Counted from the first letter of the stretch, positions 1 through 8,781 are shown. The stretch: 37,978 nt of DNA from a virus (IMGVR_UViG_3300025018_000291:1-37978), one strand, 5' to 3'. Numbers and translations: made by a program. The notes: generated by a model from the letters alone, not told the origin.

Positions 1-12
1 CCCGGGGGCGAC

Positions 13-897
13 GTGATCTTCGCGGACCTCTGCTGCGGATCGGGTGCGGTGACCCTGCGCCTGATCGGCGGGCCGGCCGCGCGCCCGCCGGCCCCCTACA
101 TGGGGGGGAAGCGGAGGTTCGCGCCCGCGATCCTCGACCTGCTCCGGCTGCGGGGCCGGATGCCCGACCGGATCATCATGGCCGACGCCGGCCCCTGGGC
201 GACCTTCTGGCAGACGGCGATCGTCGACGGCCGCGCCGCCGAGATCGCCGATGCGCTGCGCGCCCTGGGGCGCCGGCCGGAGAAGCAGGGCGCGGCGCTC
301 TTCAAGGCGATCGGCGACGAGCCGGTGCCCGAAGACCCGGTCGCCTTCTGCGCGGTCTTCCTCGCCCTGCAGCATGGCAACGCGATGGGCCGGCCGGTGG
401 TGATCATCGACGGCCGGTGGCGCCGGCAGGGGTACGCCCATCTGAGCCGGACCGCCCGCGAGAAGGGGAGCTTCGGCGAGCGCCTTCGGCCCTGGCGGAT
501 CGCGCCGGAGGTGCTTCGCGTCGCCAGCTTGCCCTGGCCGCCGCTCGAGGTGATCGGCGGGCCGCTGCAGCAGGCCGAGCTGGACCTGGGCGCCGGCGCC
601 GGCGCCTACATCGACCCGCCCTACAAGGGGACGACCGGCTACCGCCCGGCGGTGCTGGGCCGCCGCGACCTGCGCTCGCTCGCCGACCGGCTGGTGGTCG
701 CCGGCGTGCTGGTCGGGATCAGCGAGGGCGAGCCGATCCCCTGGCGGGGCTGGCACCACGCCGATGTGCCCGACGGCGGAGCGTGGCAGGCCCGGAGCTT
801 CGGGCCGACGAGCGAGTGGTTGACGACGAGCGCGCCGCCGGCGCGCCTGATGACCCAGGCCCGGCTGGGCCTCGAGGAGGTGACCGATGGACGGTGA
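13..897 (+). CDS. DNA adenine methyltransferase-like protein (Dam/D12 class), permuted motif order
   Basis: FADLCCGSGAV (SAM-binding motif I), PYMGGK (motif X), YIDPPY (catalytic motif IV). Confidence 0.75.
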   Translation: MIFADLCCGSGAVTLRLIGGPAARPPAPYMGGKRRFAPAILDLLRLRGRMPDRIIMADAGPWATFWQTAIVDGRAAEIADALRALGRRPEKQGAALFKAIGDEPVPEDPVAFCAVFLALQHGNAMGRPVVIIDGRWRRQGYAHLSRTAREKGSFGERLRPWRIAPEVLRVASLPWPPLEVIGGPLQQAELDLGAGAGAYIDPPYKGTTGYRPAVLGRRDLRSLADRLVVAGVLVGISEGEPIPWRGWHHADVPDGGAWQARSFGPTSEWLTTSAPPARLMTQARLGLEEVTDGR

Positions 898-1282
898 GAT
901 GGCGACCAACCCGCTGCTGCTCCTGCAGGCCGGGCTGCAGACCGAGCGGCCCGAGCTGATCGAGGCGTTCGAGCGCGAGTGCATCGCCCGGCATGCCGAG
1001 GGGCCGCTGGACGCGGCGACGACGCGCGCACTGATCCAGGCGCTCAAGGTGCTCGCGATCGAGACCTACGACCTGCGCCGCGCGCTGCGCGCGATGGACC
1101 GGGCCGGCCGGCACATCCACGAGGCGCTCTCCGGCATCCGCCGGCACTGCGACGTCCAGCACCTCGTCGCCGAGCGGGCCGCCGCCGGCGAGCTTCCGCC
1201 GCACCACGCCGCCGACGAGATCCTCGCCGAGCTGAAGGCGGAGGTGAAGGAGGCGGAGTGGGTGGTCGACCCCGAAGACTGA
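887..1282 (+). CDS. hypothetical helical protein
   Basis: GAGGAGG RBS, GC3-rich codons, overlaps previous gene. Confidence 0.7.
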   Translation: MDGEMATNPLLLLQAGLQTERPELIEAFERECIARHAEGPLDAATTRALIQALKVLAIETYDLRRALRAMDRAGRHIHEALSGIRRHCDVQHLVAERAAAGELPPHHAADEILAELKAEVKEAEWVVDPED

Positions 1283-1362
1283 CTTGCGCTCGGGGCGAGG
1301 AGGCCCCAAGCTGAACATGCCGGCCGCGGAGGCCGGAGCGGAACCACAGGAGGACCCTGCCG

Positions 1363-1803
1363 ATGAGACGACTCGCCCTCCTCGCGCTCGCCGCCCTGGC
1401 GCTCGCGCCCTCGGCCCAGGCCGAGCCCCCCGACCCGATGGAGATCCACCAGCCCGCGGCCCCCGAGAAGGTGCCCATCGCGACCGCCGCGCTCGAGGCC
1501 CCCGAGGTCGCCAGCGCGGTGCTCGAGCTGGACGCCGGCGTGCACGACCTGATCTCGGTGGCGGTGCAGGTCCACGAGGACGCGGTGGCGCGGCTTGAGG
1601 TGGAGCCCGCCTGCGAGCTGGCCCAGGGGCTGGTGCTCATCGAGCCCGACGGCGTGGAGGTGCCGAGCCCCGATCAGTCGAGCCCGCCTGCGCCCGACCC
1701 GGATCGCCTGAACGAGCCCGACCGCCTGACGCTGCGCGGCGACCCCATCCACCCCGCGACGCCCGCCGGGGAGGTGCGGGCGCCGACCAGACCCGCGGCC
1801 TGA
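1363..1803 (+). CDS. exported Pro/Glu-rich hypothetical protein
   Basis: AGGAGG RBS; Sec signal MRRLALLALAALALAPSAQA. Confidence 0.7.
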   Translation: MRRLALLALAALALAPSAQAEPPDPMEIHQPAAPEKVPIATAALEAPEVASAVLELDAGVHDLISVAVQVHEDAVARLEVEPACELAQGLVLIEPDGVEVPSPDQSSPPAPDPDRLNEPDRLTLRGDPIHPATPAGEVRAPTRPAA

Positions 1804-1863
1804 CGCGGGCGCCGGCCGGCGCCGCAATCGCCCTCCCCGATCCCAGCGCCCTGCTGGGAAGCC

Positions 1864-1905
1864 GGAGGGGGCCGGGCTCTTGTACAGGGAGGCCCGGCCC
1901 CCTCC
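1864..1905. terminator. GC-rich hairpin between convergent genes, likely bidirectional terminator
   Basis: 14-bp perfect stem GGAGGGGGCCGGGC / GCCCGGCCCCCTCC. Confidence 0.55.
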
Positions 1906-1917
1906 AGGCCCCTTCGC

Positions 1918-2199
1918 TCAGATCCCCCGGAAGACCGCCTCGGCCCAGGCGTCGCGGATGTGCGGCCGGGTCTCCTTGATGATGGTGCCCGCCTCGACCC
2001 CGGTGTGCTCGGTGCCCTTCGCGGTGATCCGGTAGCCGCTCCAGTCGCCGCCGAAGATCCAGCCGGCCTCGCGCGCCGCCGTGAGGGCCTCGCTGATCGT
2101 CTCGTCGTCGAAGCAATCCATCGTCCCGCCGCCGGTGCCCAGCTCGTTGAGGAGGTAGCTGGCGAGGTCGAGGGCTTCGTTGTTCGCGTCGTGGGTCAT
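1918..2199 (-). CDS. small hypothetical protein, possible winged helix
   Basis: Start MTHD at 2199 with GGAG RBS after repeated promoter; ALTAAREAGWI...YRITAKG wing-like end. Confidence 0.7.
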   Translation of the reverse strand: MTHDANNEALDLASYLLNELGTGGGTMDCFDDETISEALTAAREAGWIFGGDWSGYRITAKGTEHTGVEAGTIIKETRPHIRDAWAEAVFRGI

Positions 2200-2224
2200 G
2201 GTGCTCTCCGTTCGTTCTGAGATG

Positions 2225-2253
2225 ACATTACCGGACACCGCGCCCGGCATCCA
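2225..2253 (-). promoter_or_regulatory. repeated promoter/operator copy 1
   Basis: TGGATG-CCGGGCGCGGTGTCCGG-TAATGT (17-bp spacer). Confidence 0.75.
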
Positions 2254-2308
2254 CGACAATCGACGCATCTCGCGAACAATCTTTCTGCGGTGGATCGTGC
2301 GAATCGAC

Positions 2309-2337
2309 TGGATGCCGGACGCTTCGTCTGCTAATGT
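2309..2337 (+). promoter_or_regulatory. repeated promoter/operator copy 2
   Basis: TGGATG-CCGGACGCTTCGTCTGC-TAATGT. Confidence 0.75.
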
Positions 2338-2362
2338 GGTCTCAGAACGAAGGGAGCCGAGC

Positions 2363-2608
2363 ATGAGCCGCATCACCGACACGATGGCCGACGAGTTCTA
2401 CAGCCACGCCGGGCTCGAGGAGGACGCGGCCCAGCGCGCCGCCCGCGCGGTGGCCAGCCGGGCGAGCTACCTGAAGCGCGAGCTGGACGAGGAGTCGGCG
2501 CAGGCGGTCGCGCACGCGATCGCGGCGAGCCGGCGCTACGCCGGGCTGACGGCGATCGGCAGCGGCTTCTACGACGGGACGATCTGCGCCTACACCGAGG
2601 CGCGCTGA
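2363..2608 (+). CDS. hypothetical protein
   Basis: ATG 2363 after AAGGGAG RBS downstream of promoter copy 2. Confidence 0.7.
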   Translation: MSRITDTMADEFYSHAGLEEDAAQRAARAVASRASYLKRELDEESAQAVAHAIAASRRYAGLTAIGSGFYDGTICAYTEAR

Positions 2609-2642
2609 CGAGCGGGGCCGCCGGCCCCGGAGGAGCGAGACG

Positions 2643-3182
2643 ATGAAGACCGTGGACGGATGGCGCCTGCGAGCGCTGGGGTGGCTCGAGAGCCTTCGCA
2701 GCATCGACGCCGAGGGCGAGGAGATGTCGACCTTCGAGCGCAACCTGCTCTGCGACCTCGAGGAGATGCTGGCCGACGAGCCGGCCGGCCCCCTCGGGGC
2801 GATCGGCGACCGCCCGCCGACCCAGGCGATCTACCCGACGGTGCTGGTGACCTGGGAGCCCGGCGACGCGACCCGCTACGAGGTGGTCGTCGTGTCGATC
2901 CCCGACGGCCGGACGCTGCTGGCCCTGCTCAACCACGGGCCGCCGCGCTCGGTGGTGCTGCCCCGGGGTGGCACCGGGCACGATGGTGAGGCGTGGCACG
3001 CGATCGACTACGTGCGCGAGAAGATGGACGTGCGCGAGCGGACCGCGGTGGTTGTCCTCGCGATGGCGCGCGCGGTGATCGAGGGCCTCGAGCCCGCCCG
3101 CTCCTGGCTGGCCCGGCTCCCCGCCGGGCGCGCCACCGACGACTGGTCGAAGCTCGAGGTGGCGACAGGGGCCGATCGGTGA
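2643..3182 (+). CDS. hypothetical protein
   Basis: GGAGGAG RBS, coding-like composition. Confidence 0.7.
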   Translation: MKTVDGWRLRALGWLESLRSIDAEGEEMSTFERNLLCDLEEMLADEPAGPLGAIGDRPPTQAIYPTVLVTWEPGDATRYEVVVVSIPDGRTLLALLNHGPPRSVVLPRGGTGHDGEAWHAIDYVREKMDVRERTAVVVLAMARAVIEGLEPARSWLARLPAGRATDDWSKLEVATGADR

Positions 3183-3442
3183 CCCGAGACGAGCTGATGG
3201 CGCACGCCGGCCGCGAGGTCAGGGTGACCTGGGGCTGCGAGGCTGGAGGGGGTGGGTTTCCGGGCACCGCCGACGTGCGCCTGCAGACCGTGATCGAGAT
3301 GAGCGGCGAGGCCGTGCTGGTCCGGCTCGAGAGCGGGATCGCCTTCCAGATCGCAGCCGACCGGATCGAGAGCGTTCGCAGGCTGGAGGGGCGCTGCCCT
3401 CACTGCGGCGCTCGGCGCTTCGAGGGCGAGGCCCCCTGGTAG
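3179..3442 (+). CDS. small hypothetical protein with C-terminal CPHCG knuckle
   Basis: GTGA start/stop overlap with previous gene. Confidence 0.6.
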   Translation: MTRDELMAHAGREVRVTWGCEAGGGGFPGTADVRLQTVIEMSGEAVLVRLESGIAFQIAADRIESVRRLEGRCPHCGARRFEGEAPW

Positions 3443-3456
3443 GGGCCGCGCCCGCG

Positions 3457-4110
3457 GGCCGGGACCCGGAGTCGGTGACGCGCACCTCGCAGCGCACCTT
3501 CCGGGCGCCGATGCGCTGGCACCGAGACCTCGAGCCCGGCGAGCGCCGGCTCGTCTTCACCTGCTCGCTGAGCGACTGGTTCCACCGGGCCGCCGATCCC
3601 TTCCGGGCCGACGCCTACGAGGTGATCCGGGCCTGCCCCGGGCTGACCTTCCAGATCCTCACCAAGCGCCACGGTCGGATCGCGGCGAACCTGCCCGACG
3701 GCTGGGGCGACGGCTGGGACAACGTCTGGCTGGGGGTCAGCGTCGAGGACGGCAACTGGCTCCGGCGCGCGGCCTCGCTCAACAAGGTGCCTGCGAAGGT
3801 CCGGTTCCTCTCGATGGAGCCGCTGATCGGCGCGGTCGACCAGACCGAGCTGCGCGCGGTGCTGCGCGACGGCATCGGCTGGGTGATCGTCGGCGGTGAG
3901 AGCGGCGCGCGCGAGAAGGTGCGTCCCTTCTACGAGCGCCACGCCATCGACATCGTCGAGGCGTGCGCCGCCGAGGGGGTCGCCTGCTTCGTGAAGCAGC
4001 GCGGCGCGATCACCATGAAGCTGGAGGGCGGCGTCGATCTGGTCGCCCACGACGACCTCGAGCACCTCCGGCCCGAGCTGGATGTGCGCGCCTACCCGGA
4101 GGTCGCGTGA
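3457..4110 (+). pseudogene. DUF5131 (phage Gp37/Gp68) family protein lacking the N-terminal Cys motif
   Basis: VFTCSLSDWFH, FQILTKR, NVWLGVSVE, RFLSMEPLIG, WVIVGGESG, FVKQ present; WNP..GC..CY region absent. Confidence 0.7.
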
Positions 4111-4634
4111 TGCGTACCGACGTTCGCGGAGCGATCCGCAACCTGACCAGCGAGATCCGAGCCGGCGAGGCGAGTTGGGACGACCCGGCTCACGGGTTCG
4201 AGGAGGCCGGCCGAACGATGACCTACGCCGAGGTGATCTCGGGGCTGACCGACCTGCTCGCCAAGGGGCAGCGCTACCTGCCCGATGCCCGTCGGCTGGC
4301 CGGCATCGGGCGACCGCCGCCCTGGGACGATCTCGACCCTGGGATCGTCGATCTGGTCCGGCTGCTGTGGGACGCCGGCTTCACGCCGACCGACTCTGGC
4401 GACGGCGTCTCGAAGGTCGGTGGATCGATGGACGGCGACGACGGCTGCGTGATCCCGCGCCCGCACGTCGCGCTCTCGGTCGATCGCCTCGACCTGCTCG
4501 TCGAGACCGACCGGGCGATCTCGGTGCTCGAGGCGAGCGGCCGGCCGATCGACCCGCTGACGGCGTGGCACGTCGAGGGCACCTACGCCGGCGGCGACGA
4601 CGCGCTGATCATGGTGTGGGGGCCGGAGCCGTGA
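4110..4634 (+). CDS. hypothetical protein
   Basis: TGATG coupling; LDPGIVDLVRLL..GF.PTDSGDG motif. Confidence 0.65.
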   Translation: MRTDVRGAIRNLTSEIRAGEASWDDPAHGFEEAGRTMTYAEVISGLTDLLAKGQRYLPDARRLAGIGRPPPWDDLDPGIVDLVRLLWDAGFTPTDSGDGVSKVGGSMDGDDGCVIPRPHVALSVDRLDLLVETDRAISVLEASGRPIDPLTAWHVEGTYAGGDDALIMVWGPEP

Positions 4635-5275
4635 TGGGCCTGCCGCTGACCCAGGTCCTTGAGCGCTACGGCTGCACCCACGAGCCGGCCGGTCATGGGC
4701 GCCGGCGCGTCATCGACTGCCACGGGCGGTTGATCTCGGCCGGGTGGACCGCGGACCAGACCTGGGCGTGGCTCCGGTCGACGGGCCGCTACCCGAAGAC
4801 GGGCCGGTCGCTGGGCACCGTCGAGCGATGCCTCTCGCTGCACCGACCCTGGGCGCGCGCGATCGTCCGGCTGGGCAAGGACGTCGAGAACCGCAACTGG
4901 AAGCACGCGCCGGGCGCGTGGCTGGTCGGCCAGTGGCTCGGCATCCACGCCGGGCAGACCTGGGACGGATCGGGCGCCGCCTCCATCGAGGCGGAGACCG
5001 GCGAGGCCCTCGACGAGACCCCGCTGGGGATCGTCGGCGCGGCGCGCGTGATCGGTGTGATCGGGGCCGGCCGGACCGTCGTCGCCGGCGACGAGAAGCT
5101 CGTCCGGCCGCACCTCGACTCGGTGTGGTGGATGGGTGGCTGGGGGATCGTCTTCGACGAGGCCCTCGAGCTGGCCGATCCGATCCCGCACAAGGGGGCG
5201 CTGGGGCTCTGGCCGCCGGCGCCGGCGGCCCTCGCTGCGTTGCAAGCTCTGGTCCAGGCGCGCGCGGCGGGCTGA
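4634..5275 (+). CDS. ASCH domain protein
   Basis: CLSLHRPWA..I..GKDVENRNW, GIHAG, PIPHKGALGLW. Confidence 0.8.
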   Translation: MGLPLTQVLERYGCTHEPAGHGRRRVIDCHGRLISAGWTADQTWAWLRSTGRYPKTGRSLGTVERCLSLHRPWARAIVRLGKDVENRNWKHAPGAWLVGQWLGIHAGQTWDGSGAASIEAETGEALDETPLGIVGAARVIGVIGAGRTVVAGDEKLVRPHLDSVWWMGGWGIVFDEALELADPIPHKGALGLWPPAPAALAALQALVQARAAG

Positions 5276-5281
5276 CCCCGG

Positions 5282-6244
5282 TCAGCAGCCGCCGGCCGCA
5301 GCGGCGACCCCAGCCCTGATCTCGCAGAGCCGGTCGATGACCCGGCTGCGGAGCCGGCGGTAGGCGCGCTCGGCGTGTCCGTCCCAGGTGTAGTTGATCA
5401 GCGTCTCGAGGATGCGGATCAGCTCGTCGAGGGCGTCTTCGTCGTTGGGCACGTCGATGACCACCTCGATCTTGCGGACCTTGGCGTTCCGGGTGGCGAA
5501 GGCCAGCCCGGGGTCTTCGGCGCGCGCGACGAGGCTGTCGAGCAGGTCGCGTCCGGCTGCGCCGCCGGCCCGGAGGCGCAGGCTGCCGTCGAAGGGCTGG
5601 GGCTGGTAGGTCAGCCCGTTGTCGAGCCGCTTCGCCGGCGCGGTCTTCTTCGCCGGCGCCGCCGGCTGCAGGCAGTCGTCGAATGCGGCCCGAGCCCGGG
5701 CGTCCTTGAGCCAGTCGATGATCCCCTCTCGGACGGCGCAGTCGAGGGGGTACTTGGTGCTGTCGGTGTAGCGGCCCTCGACCTCGGGCGCCATGACCTC
5801 GATGCCTGGGAGCAGCTCGGCCGTCGCCTCGAGGTAGAGGTCGCGCCAGGGCTGCTTGTGCTGGGTGCCCGGCTTCGCGCAGGCGTGTGCGATCTCGTGG
5901 AGGAGCAGCATCAGGGTGGTGGGCAGGTCGACCCGGACCCCGAGGACCCGGATGACGACCCGGCCGGTGCTCTCTCCGCCGGTCGCGTACCAATGGGCGG
6001 GTTTCGCCTTCGACCGGCTGACCCGGTCGAGCCAGGGCTGGTACTTGGCGCCCTTGGCGCGGAGGGCGGCCTGGAAGGTGGCCAGCTCGGCGACTCGGGC
6101 GAAGAGCAGCCGGAGGTCGTAGGTGGCGGTCTCGGTCCCGCCGTTCATCACGAAGGCGCGCGGCCTCCGGTCTCGGATCGCGAACCGCTCGCGCTCGCGC
6201 TTGGTCATGCGGGCGCTGGGGGTCAGGTCGATGCCGCGCGGCAT
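5282..6244 (-). CDS. zincin-type metallopeptidase domain protein (SprT-like)
   Basis: LLHEIAHA followed by H-K-Q-P-W third-ligand motif; GGGAGG RBS. Confidence 0.65.
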   Translation of the reverse strand: MPRGIDLTPSARMTKRERERFAIRDRRPRAFVMNGGTETATYDLRLLFARVAELATFQAALRAKGAKYQPWLDRVSRSKAKPAHWYATGGESTGRVVIRVLGVRVDLPTTLMLLLHEIAHACAKPGTQHKQPWRDLYLEATAELLPGIEVMAPEVEGRYTDSTKYPLDCAVREGIIDWLKDARARAAFDDCLQPAAPAKKTAPAKRLDNGLTYQPQPFDGSLRLRAGGAAGRDLLDSLVARAEDPGLAFATRNAKVRKIEVVIDVPNDEDALDELIRILETLINYTWDGHAERAYRRLRSRVIDRLCEIRAGVAAAAGGC

Positions 6245-6256
6245 GGTCGCCTCCCT

Positions 6257-6790
6257 TCAGGCGGCCTGCGCCGCGGTGGCGCAGGAGGCGTAGGTCCCGC
6301 GGGCGATGCGCCGGGCGAGGCCCTTGCGCAGCAGGCGGTTGATCGCGCCCCAGGCGGCGTCGCGGGTGAGCCCGGCGGCCTGGGTGATCTGCCCGGCCGT
6401 CGCGGCGCCGGCGTCGAGGGCCTCGAGGGTGGCCCGCTCGCTGCCGGGCAGCTCGCCGGCGGTGGCGAAGCGCAGGGCGCGCTCCCGAATCCAGGCGGCG
6501 CTCGCGGCGCTCCAGGCCGGGATCTCGGTGCTGGGGAAGGAGCGGGCGAGGTCGCCGGCCTGCTGGGCGCCGGCCTCGTCGTAGGCCCCGCTGACCGGCT
6601 TGTGGGTGGTCCCGCCCCAGGCCGGGTGGATCTCCCAAAGCTCGCTGGTGCTGATGGCGGCGTAGCAGGTCCCCTCGGGGGCGCCGATCCGGGCGTCGAG
6701 CCAGCCGCAGCTCCGGGCGCTCAGCTCGATCTCGAAGGTGAGGGCCTGGGCCAGCCCGGCGATCATCTCGTTGGTGAAGGTGGCGGTCAT
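6257..6790 (-). CDS. protein with C-terminal MarR-like winged HTH
   Basis: Start MTAT with AAGGAG RBS; AGQITQAAGLTRDAAWGAINRLLRKGLARRIARGTY. Confidence 0.75.
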   Translation of the reverse strand: MTATFTNEMIAGLAQALTFEIELSARSCGWLDARIGAPEGTCYAAISTSELWEIHPAWGGTTHKPVSGAYDEAGAQQAGDLARSFPSTEIPAWSAASAAWIRERALRFATAGELPGSERATLEALDAGAATAGQITQAAGLTRDAAWGAINRLLRKGLARRIARGTYASCATAAQAA

Positions 6791-6857
6791 GTTCGGCTCC
6801 TTGGTGGCTCGGGGCGCATCGCCCCTGGTTGGGTGCGTTCCCCAACCTTCTGACACC

Positions 6858-6886
6858 ACATTACCGGACGCGCCGTCAGGCATCCA
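6858..6886 (-). promoter_or_regulatory. repeated promoter/operator copy 3
   Basis: TGGATG-CCTGACGGCGCGTCCGG-TAATGT. Confidence 0.75.
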
Positions 6887-6941
6887 GTCGAATCGACGTG
6901 ATTCTGTGCGAAAGATTCCGCCGATTCATGGTCAAATGTTC

Positions 6942-6970
6942 TGGATGCCTGACGCGGTAGGCGGTAAAGT
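6942..6970 (+). promoter_or_regulatory. repeated promoter/operator copy 4
   Basis: TGGATG-CCTGACGCGGTAGGCGG-TAAAGT. Confidence 0.7.
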
Positions 6971-7022
6971 GGTCACAGAAGGTTGGGGATGGCCCCCAGC
7001 CACACCAACCGGGGAGGCCCCG

Positions 7023-7466
7023 ATGACCCGCTCCACGAAGACCCGCAGCCGCCGCGCCCGCCCGCACACCTTCCACGCGATCGCGCACGGGATCGGCAAG
7101 GTCAGCTACAACGACCGCCGGCTGATCGACGGCGAGTTCCGCGAGGTCCACGAGGTCTACATGACCACGGTCGCCGGCGACGCCACGGTGCGCTTCAACA
7201 TGCGGACCGAGACGCTCGAGCCCTTCCAGGGCGAGGTCGAGCTGACGGTCGAGCAGGCGCGCGAGGTCCTCGCCCGGACCTACGAGATGATCGCCGAGGG
7301 CCGCGAGGCCGCGATCAAGGCCGGCGCGCCCGAGGGCGAGCCCATCAACCCCGGCGACGCCTTCGGCTGCGTCTACCGGAACACGGCCTACGGCCTCTAC
7401 GACGGGCGCCGGCCCCGCTGGATGGACAAGGCCCGCTGGCAGGCGAAGGTCGCGGCGAACGCCTGA
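7023..7466 (+). CDS. hypothetical protein
   Basis: ATG 7023 after GGGGAGG RBS; strong GC3 bias. Confidence 0.75.
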   Translation: MTRSTKTRSRRARPHTFHAIAHGIGKVSYNDRRLIDGEFREVHEVYMTTVAGDATVRFNMRTETLEPFQGEVELTVEQAREVLARTYEMIAEGREAAIKAGAPEGEPINPGDAFGCVYRNTAYGLYDGRRPRWMDKARWQAKVAANA

Positions 7467-7506
7467 TCGGGTAAGATCGCCTCCGCACCCACAGCGGAGG
7501 CTCCCC

Positions 7507-8337
7507 ATGATCGACTTCCACGACGCCCGGCCCGGCACCCCCGAGGCCCTGCCGAACAACCCGAGCAAGAGCTGGCGCCGGCGAGCGGTCGAGCGCCTGC
7601 TCGGCTTCGCGATCCACCACACCGCCGGCGGCGACGACCCGCGGCGCACCGCCGAGTACCACGTGGGCAAGAGCCACACGTCCGACGACGGCATGCCCGG
7701 CCTCGCCTACACCTTCTTCCTGCCCAAGGACGGGTCGATCTGGTGGGCCTGGGATCTCGATCAGCAGACGTGGAGCCAGGGCGGCAAGACCGTGCCCGAC
7801 GCCGACGGCGACGGCGATGTGGATCGGGACGACGGCCTGGGCCGCGCGAACAGCACCTACCTCGCGATCGTGCTGGGTGGGTCCTTCCGCAGCCGCTGGA
7901 ACCGGACCGAGCAGCGTCCGACCTTCCAGCAGTTCCTGAGCCTGCAGGTCCTCATCGGCCACCTCACCGGGGCCGTGCGCTGCGACGACATCCCGGCCGA
8001 GCTGTTCGGCGCGGTCGGCCACCTCTCGACCGGAGACGTCTGGCCGCACGCCGCCTTCGGCAAGGCTGCCTGCCCGGGCGAGGACACCGAGCAGCTCCTG
8101 CTGCTCATGCGCGAGACCGCTGGCGACGCCGTGCGCGCCGACCGATCGGCCTCCGACTGGCAGCGTGCGCTCGTCGATCGCGGCTACGACCTCGGGACCT
8201 GGGGGCTGGCCGGCGACGGGGTGGATGGGGATTGGGGGTCGGCGTCGAAGCAGGCCCTGCTCGCATTCCAGCGCGATGCGGGTCTGCCGGCGACCGCCGA
8301 GCGCGACCTCGTCACCGAGGCCGCGCTCTTCGGGTAG
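7507..8337 (+). CDS. endolysin: N-acetylmuramoyl-L-alanine amidase (Amidase_2) with C-terminal peptidoglycan-binding domain
   Basis: IHHTAG, WPH...ACPG Zn ligands; WQRAL..GY..GVDGDWG..S..AL..FQ PG-binding motif. Confidence 0.85.
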   Translation: MIDFHDARPGTPEALPNNPSKSWRRRAVERLLGFAIHHTAGGDDPRRTAEYHVGKSHTSDDGMPGLAYTFFLPKDGSIWWAWDLDQQTWSQGGKTVPDADGDGDVDRDDGLGRANSTYLAIVLGGSFRSRWNRTEQRPTFQQFLSLQVLIGHLTGAVRCDDIPAELFGAVGHLSTGDVWPHAAFGKAACPGEDTEQLLLLMRETAGDAVRADRSASDWQRALVDRGYDLGTWGLAGDGVDGDWGSASKQALLAFQRDAGLPATAERDLVTEAALFG

Positions 8338-8339
8338 CG

Positions 8340-8461
8340 CTACTCCTCGATCTCGATCTCGATGATCTCGGGCCAGGGCTGGCGGTGGAAGCCGCGCGCG
8401 CTGACCCGATGCGCCGCTCGTCCTCGTCGATGCGCAGCCGCAGCCCCGTCTCCTTCTCGAG
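8340..8461 (-). pseudogene. 3' remnant of a minus-strand gene (frameshifted, no 5' end)
   Basis: LEKETGLRLRIDEDERRI then shifted VSARGFHRQPWPEIIEIEIEE-stop. Confidence 0.45.
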
Positions 8462-8688
8462 GCCCAGCCCGAGCCCGAGGCCCAGCCCGAGCCCGCCGAG
8501 GAGATGAGGCGCCGGCCGGCGACAGCGAGGCGGCCTGCCTCGAGGCGATCCGCGCCGGCGCGCAGCGCACCAAGGATGTCGCCATCGCGACCGGGCTGAC
8601 CCGCAACGCCGCCTGGGGTGCGATGAACCGGCTGCTCGGCAAGGGCGCGATCGAGCGGGCCGGCCGGGGGATCTACCGGGTCGCCTGA
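8456..8688 (+). pseudogene. 3' remnant of a winged-HTH gene paralogous to 6257-6790
   Basis: GLTRNAAWGAMNRLLGKG vs GLTRDAAWGAINRLLRKG; EAQPEP linker upstream in another frame; no good start. Confidence 0.55.
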
Positions 8689-8725
8689 CGCCACCAACTT
8701 TCTGCATCAACCGGGCAGAAAGAGG

Positions 8726-8754
8726 TGGATGCCGGACGGGGCGTCTGGTAATGT
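8726..8754 (+). promoter_or_regulatory. repeated promoter/operator copy 5
   Basis: TGGATG-CCGGACGGGGCGTCTGG-TAATGT then CAGAACGAAGGGGAG, like copy 2. Confidence 0.75.
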
Positions 8755-8781
8755 GGTGACAGAACGAAGGGGAGAACGAAG

